DNA of 11,439 bases from a bacterium (GTDB lineage Bacteria > Sysuimicrobiota > Sysuimicrobiia > Sysuimicrobiales > Humicultoraceae), in the NCBI GenBank assembly GCA_041497675.1, contig JBGQGY010000116.1, forward strand, positions 1 to 11,439, in the 5' to 3' direction. A model generated the notes under the pieces. That model was not told the origin of the DNA, ran no database searches, and saw only the letters and a list, made by a program, of their open reading frames with translations. A program made the position numbers and the translations under genes. Shown here piece by piece: positions 7,418 to 11,439 of this stretch. Every line of letters begins with the position of its first letter. Position 1 is the first letter of the stretch.

Positions 7418-9130
7418 CTACCTCCTACGCCAGGCCTGCGTCCGGCGGTCGAGGACGCGCGTGGCCGCCAGATGCACGACCCGCACCGCGGCGGATGTGA
7501 TGACGATCATCACGCCCATTGCCGCCGCGGCCGCCGTTTGCCCGGCATCATCCATGTTGACGATGGCGATCGACGCCAGCTTGGTGCTCGGGACATAGAT
7601 AAAGATGGCCGCCGAGACCGTCGTCATGGCATTGACGAACATGTACACGCTGATGCCGAGAATCGAGGGCAGACAGACCGGCACCGTCACCTTCCACAGC
7701 GTGCGATAGAAGGGAGCCTTCAGAGAAGCCGACACCGCCTCAAACTCGTTGTCCAGCTGCTTCAGCGCCGTGGTGGCCGTGAGGTGGCTGACCGTATAGT
7801 AGTGCGCAACGGTATTGATCACTAGGATGCCCAGCGTGCCGTACAGGAATCCCAACGGGTTCCTCGGGTCGTTGAAGAAGAAGATGTACCCCAGACCCAG
7901 CACCAGCCCCGGGACAGCCAGCGGCAGCATGGCAAAGAGCTGGACCAGCGCGCGGACAACGGGAAAGCCGCGGGTCTTCTCCAGGAGGTAGGCGCCGCTG
8001 AAGATGACCGCGGTCCCGATGACGGCCGTCCACGCGGCCATCCGGAGCGAGTTGAAGTACGACGACCATCCCTGGGCGTCGAAGTTCGTGAAGGCATAGT
8101 TTCGCAACGACATGCTGAGATCATACGGCCAGAACTTGATGAACGATCCCCAAGCCGCCACCGCCAGCAGGCTGACCACCGGCACGAGGATCACGGCACA
8201 GAAGGCGAAGAGCAACCAGTCGGTGAACCGGTTGGGCTTGGGCACGAATGGAACCGCCCGCGCGGTGAGCAGGGCCGTCTGGCGGCGCTGCACCAGGCGT
8301 TCCGCCGCGAAGGCCAGCACGGCGGGGGCGAGCAGCAACATGCCGACCACGGCCCCGATCGCGAAGTTCTGCTGGCCGATCACCTGTTTGTAGACGTCAG
8401 TGGCCAGGACGTTAAAACGCCCCCCGATGACCTTCGGGATCCCAAAATCAGTCATGACCAGCGTAAACACGACGAGGGCAGTGCCCATCACGCCGTACTT
8501 CACCCCCGGCAGCGTGACGGTGACGAAGATCCGTGGGGGAGAAGCCCCGAGTGCCTCAGCAGACTCATAGAGACGTGCGTCTGCCGTGCTCAGCGCCGTC
8601 ACCAGGATCATGAGCGCGTGAGGGAAGCAGTAGATCACCTCGCCGATCACAATCCCCAACGAGCCGTAAATGGAATTCCCCAAGAGCAGGCCCCGCACGA
8701 GACCCTGATTGCCGAACAGATAGATGAGCCCGATCGCCTGCAGCAGGGAAGGCGCCAGAATGGGGATGAGCGCCAGGCCGGCAAAGACGCTTTTCCCCCT
8801 CATGCCGCTCCTCGTGAGCGCATACGCGTATACGAACGTCCCAGGCACGACGATGGCCGTGGTCACCGCCGCGACGGAGATGCTGTTCCAGAATGAGACG
8901 AAGAGGCTGGGGGTCGAGAAATACGTGATGTAGTTCGCCAACCCGATAAAGGCGCCGTCGCGATTCTGGAAGCTCTTCGAGAGCAACGCCCAGAGCGGCA
9001 GCGCGAGGGTCACCGTCAGCCATAGGGCCAGGGTCACGAGCCCGCCGCGCGCGATCCATTCGTCACCGGCGAGTCTCTGCCGCACCACCGGGCCGCCGGA
9101 CACTGGGGCCCTTGAGACCGCCGTGGCCAT
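7418..9130 (-). CDS. phnU: Putative 2-aminoethylphosphonate ABC transporter permease with two fused transmembrane domains (PhnU2/FbpB-like), 570 aa
   Basis: Highly hydrophobic with two EAA loops (DARLYESAEALGA; DNEFEAVSASLKA), plus APSLLQAIGLIYLFGNQG and DFGIPKVIGG. Start placed at ATG 9130 (MATAVSR), 4 nt after the ATPase stop; the 9250 start overlaps the ATPase. Confidence 0.88.
   Translation of the reverse strand: MATAVSRAPVSGGPVVRQRLAGDEWIARGGLVTLALWLTVTLALPLWALLSKSFQNRDGAFIGLANYITYFSTPSLFVSFWNSISVAAVTTAIVVPGTFVYAYALTRSGMRGKSVFAGLALIPILAPSLLQAIGLIYLFGNQGLVRGLLLGNSIYGSLGIVIGEVIYCFPHALMILVTALSTADARLYESAEALGASPPRIFVTVTLPGVKYGVMGTALVVFTLVMTDFGIPKVIGGRFNVLATDVYKQVIGQQNFAIGAVVGMLLLAPAVLAFAAERLVQRRQTALLTARAVPFVPKPNRFTDWLLFAFCAVILVPVVSLLAVAAWGSFIKFWPYDLSMSLRNYAFTNFDAQGWSSYFNSLRMAAWTAVIGTAVIFSGAYLLEKTRGFPVVRALVQLFAMLPLAVPGLVLGLGYIFFFNDPRNPLGFLYGTLGILVINTVAHYYTVSHLTATTALKQLDNEFEAVSASLKAPFYRTLWKVTVPVCLPSILGISVYMFVNAMTTVSAAIFIYVPSTKLASIAIVNMDDAGQTAAAAAMGVMIVITSAAVRVVHLAATRVLDRRTQAWRRR
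7420..7426 (-). promoter_or_regulatory. Shine-Dalgarno site for phnW, embedded in the last codons of the permease
   Basis: Minus strand reads AGG AGG TAG TAC ATG: AGGAGG is formed by the terminal Arg-Arg codons of the permease, 6 nt before the phnW ATG. Confidence 0.8.
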
Positions 9131-9134
9131 CGGG

Positions 9135-10211
9135 CTAACCCGTCGGGAACACGCGGATGTGATCGGCCGGGAGTGACACGGTGATCGTCTTCCCGGGAAC
9201 CAGATCAAACTCGCGCTGCAGGTGGATGGCCACGTCGGCCCGGACGTCAACCGTTCCGACCGCGGCCGGCTTCAGGGTGGCGCGGTAGAACGATCCCAGG
9301 AAGTCCATCGCGACGATCTCGACCGGCATGAGGTTGGTCGTCGTCGCACCTCCGCTCCGGACGTCCACAGCCTCTGGTCGGAAGCACACCTTCACCGCGG
9401 CTCCCGGCGTGACGCCATCGGTCGGCGCGCACGTCAGTTCCGTCGTTCCTACCCTGACCCGGCGGGCGTCGACGAGCACGCCATCGAGGATGTTCATCTC
9501 CCCCACGAAGTCGGCGACGAAGGGCGTTGTCGGATTTCGATAGATCTCCATCGGCGTGCCGATCTGCTCGATGACGCCCTGGTTCATGACCACGATCCGG
9601 TCGGCCATGGTGAGTGCTTCCTCTTGATCATGGGTCACCAGGATCGTCGTGACGCCGAGCCGCTGCTGCAGGCCGCGAATCTCATGGCGCAGCCGGACGC
9701 GGAGACGGGCATCGAGGGCAGACAGCGGTTCGTCCAAGAGCAGCAGGCTGGGGGAGGGGGCGAGTGCGCGTGCCAGGGCCACGCGCTGCTGCATGCCACC
9801 CGAGAGCTGCGCCGGGTATTTCTGAGCCGCATCGGGCATGCCGATCAGCGCCAACAACTCGCCGACGCGCTGCCTGACGTTCTCACGCCGCATCTTCCGG
9901 CTGTGGAGGCCATACGCCACGTTGTCAAACACGCTCAGATTGGGGAACAGGGCGTAGGACTGGAAGACGATGCCGAAGTCGCGCCCCGCCGGGGGGAGCC
10001 CGCTGATATCATGGTCTTTCAGCGAGATGCGCCCGGTGGTCTGGATCTCCAGGCCCATGATAATCCGGAGCAGCGTCGTCTTCCCGCACCCGGATGGCCC
10101 CAGCAGGCAGACGAACTCGCCGTGGGAGATGTCGAACGACACGTCCATCAGTGCGTTGAAGCTCCCAAACCGCTTCCAGATATTGGCAACCTGCAGGTAG
10201 GGAGCACTCAT
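9135..10211 (-). CDS. phnT: Putative 2-aminoethylphosphonate ABC transporter ATP-binding protein (PhnT2-like)
   Basis: Walker A GPSGCGKT, Q-loop FQSYALFPNL, signature LSGGMQQR, Walker B LLLLDEPLSALD, H-loop VTHDQEEA, C-terminal TOBE-like region; context next to phnW. Confidence 0.9.
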   Translation of the reverse strand: MSAPYLQVANIWKRFGSFNALMDVSFDISHGEFVCLLGPSGCGKTTLLRIIMGLEIQTTGRISLKDHDISGLPPAGRDFGIVFQSYALFPNLSVFDNVAYGLHSRKMRRENVRQRVGELLALIGMPDAAQKYPAQLSGGMQQRVALARALAPSPSLLLLDEPLSALDARLRVRLRHEIRGLQQRLGVTTILVTHDQEEALTMADRIVVMNQGVIEQIGTPMEIYRNPTTPFVADFVGEMNILDGVLVDARRVRVGTTELTCAPTDGVTPGAAVKVCFRPEAVDVRSGGATTTNLMPVEIVAMDFLGSFYRATLKPAAVGTVDVRADVAIHLQREFDLVPGKTITVSLPADHIRVFPTG

Positions 10212-10222
10212 GGGATCATGCG

Positions 10223-10258
10223 CCGGCTCCCGCTCGTCCGAGAACGAACGGGAGCCGG
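10223..10258 (-). promoter_or_regulatory. Strong intercistronic stem-loop after the binding-protein gene (mRNA stabiliser or partial terminator)
   Basis: Minus strand: CCGGCUCCCG-U-UCGU (loop UCUCGG) ACGA-G-CGGGAGCCGG, a 15-bp stem with one G-U pair that forms only on the transcribed strand. No U tract follows. Confidence 0.7.
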
Positions 10259-10287
10259 AGGCCTCATCTCAACAGACCTGGCGCCGT

Positions 10288-11358
10288 TCAGCGCGGGGCC
10301 GATTTCGCGTCGTAGCGCTTTGCCCACTCCTGGAGGATGCGGTCCCGATTCTTCGCCATCCACGCGAAGTCGTTCTTGAACATCTGTTTCTCAGCGTTCG
10401 GTGGGTAGAAAGGCGGCACATTGGTCAGGCCGGGCAAGGCCACGATCGCGTACGACGTCCGGTCCGGCCCGCCCACGCCGTTGTATATCTCGTTGGCCTT
10501 GCGGCTGACCGCAAAGTCCGCCAGGCGCTGCGCCGCCGCCAGGTTGCGCGTCCCGCGGATGATGCCGGTCGCCTCCATGTCCCAGCCGGCGCCTTCCTTC
10601 GGAATGATGACTTCAATTGGCGCCCCCTGCTGCTTGAGGAGAGCGCCGCGCCCGTCGAACCCGATGCCCATCGCGAACTCGCCCTGCGCCGCCCGGACGC
10701 ACGGTGCTGAGCCGGAGTGGAGGTAGATGCCGATGTTCTCGTGGATCTTGTCCATAAACGCCCAACCCTTCTGCTCACCCATCATCTGCAGCCACGCTGC
10801 GATCGTGAGATAGCCGGTACCGGACGATGCCGGGTTGGGCATCACGACCCGCCCTTTGTAGGCGGGGCTGAGCAGGTCTTGCCAGGAGAAGGGGGCACGC
10901 AGCCCCCGCTTCTTCGCTTCCACGGTGTTGTAGCAGATCACAGACAGGAAGGCGTCCATGCCTGTCCACGTCATGGGGTTCTTGGTATCACGAAAGGCGG
11001 GTTTGAGCGCGTCGGCGCCTCGAGGTGTGTACGGCTGGAGCAAGTTCTGTTCATCGAAGATCAGCAGGCTGGTGACGGCCAGGCCCCAGATGGCATCGGC
11101 GCGCGGGTTTGCCCTCTCGGCGAGGATGCGTGCCGTGATAACCCCGGTCGAGTCACGCACCCAGTCGATGATGACCCCGGGGGTGTCCGCCTCGAACGAC
11201 GACTTGAAATAGCCCAACTGGTCATTCTCAATCGCGGTGTAGACGGTCAGTCGCGTCGGTGCCTGAGCGATAGCCTGGGGAGCCAAACCTATGGCGAGGA
11301 TCACAATGGCCACCAGGGCCACTGCCAACTTGCCTGTCATTTTCACGCCTTGCGGCAT
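10288..11358 (-). CDS. phnS: Putative 2-aminoethylphosphonate ABC transporter substrate-binding protein (PhnS2/AepX-type), 356 aa
   Basis: Signal peptide (KLAVALVAIVILAIGLAPQAIA-Q) and motifs LTVYTAIE, WVRDSTGVITARILAE, ADAIWGLAVTSL, MPNPASSGTG, YLHSGSAPC, GWDMEA, NRDRILQEW. ATG 11358 is preceded by GAGGGGG; ATG 11340 is an alternative start. Confidence 0.9.
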   Translation of the reverse strand: MPQGVKMTGKLAVALVAIVILAIGLAPQAIAQAPTRLTVYTAIENDQLGYFKSSFEADTPGVIIDWVRDSTGVITARILAERANPRADAIWGLAVTSLLIFDEQNLLQPYTPRGADALKPAFRDTKNPMTWTGMDAFLSVICYNTVEAKKRGLRAPFSWQDLLSPAYKGRVVMPNPASSGTGYLTIAAWLQMMGEQKGWAFMDKIHENIGIYLHSGSAPCVRAAQGEFAMGIGFDGRGALLKQQGAPIEVIIPKEGAGWDMEATGIIRGTRNLAAAQRLADFAVSRKANEIYNGVGGPDRTSYAIVALPGLTNVPPFYPPNAEKQMFKNDFAWMAKNRDRILQEWAKRYDAKSAPR

Positions 11359-11439
11359 AGCGCACCCCCTCATGTGGGCGTTCCGCGCAGTATTTCCCCG
11401 GCCGTGCCCCAAACCCTTGCTACAGCCGCATCCGGACGC

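Noticed and set aside
10223..10290. Sec readthrough of the binding-protein TGA using the downstream hairpin as SECIS
   Set aside because: The TGA is at the natural C-terminus, another in-frame TGA follows after 7 codons, and there is no Cys-like context.
9222..10379. 385-aa plus-strand ORF
   Set aside because: Antisense shadow of the ABC ATPase gene with no independent family signal.
11359..11439. Promoter or Pho box upstream of the transporter
   Set aside because: Only a weak AATACT hexamer without a credible -35, no clear Pho-box direct repeat, and only about 80 nt visible.

Overview
High-GC bacterial window with two convergent gene blocks. Plus strand: a 5'-truncated dimethylglycine/sarcosine dehydrogenase-like flavoprotein with a GcvT-type folate-binding domain (<1-1923), a HemL-like class III aminotransferase (1931-3226), a small exported thioredoxin-fold protein (3231-3803), and a full-length second dehydrogenase paralog (3856-6306). 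The ORF track splits the small gene in two, but it reads as one 190-aa selenoprotein with an in-frame UGA forming a UxxC motif and a SECIS-like hairpin just downstream; this is the main hidden feature. Minus strand: a putative 2-aminoethylphosphonate (AEP) ABC transporter (binding protein, ATPase, fused permease) followed by phnW, whose 3' end overlaps the second dehydrogenase by 11 bp. A secondary, inferred idea is a link between the tandem N-demethylase-type enzymes and N-methylated aminophosphonate catabolism. No RNA genes, CRISPR arrays or mobile elements were recognised.
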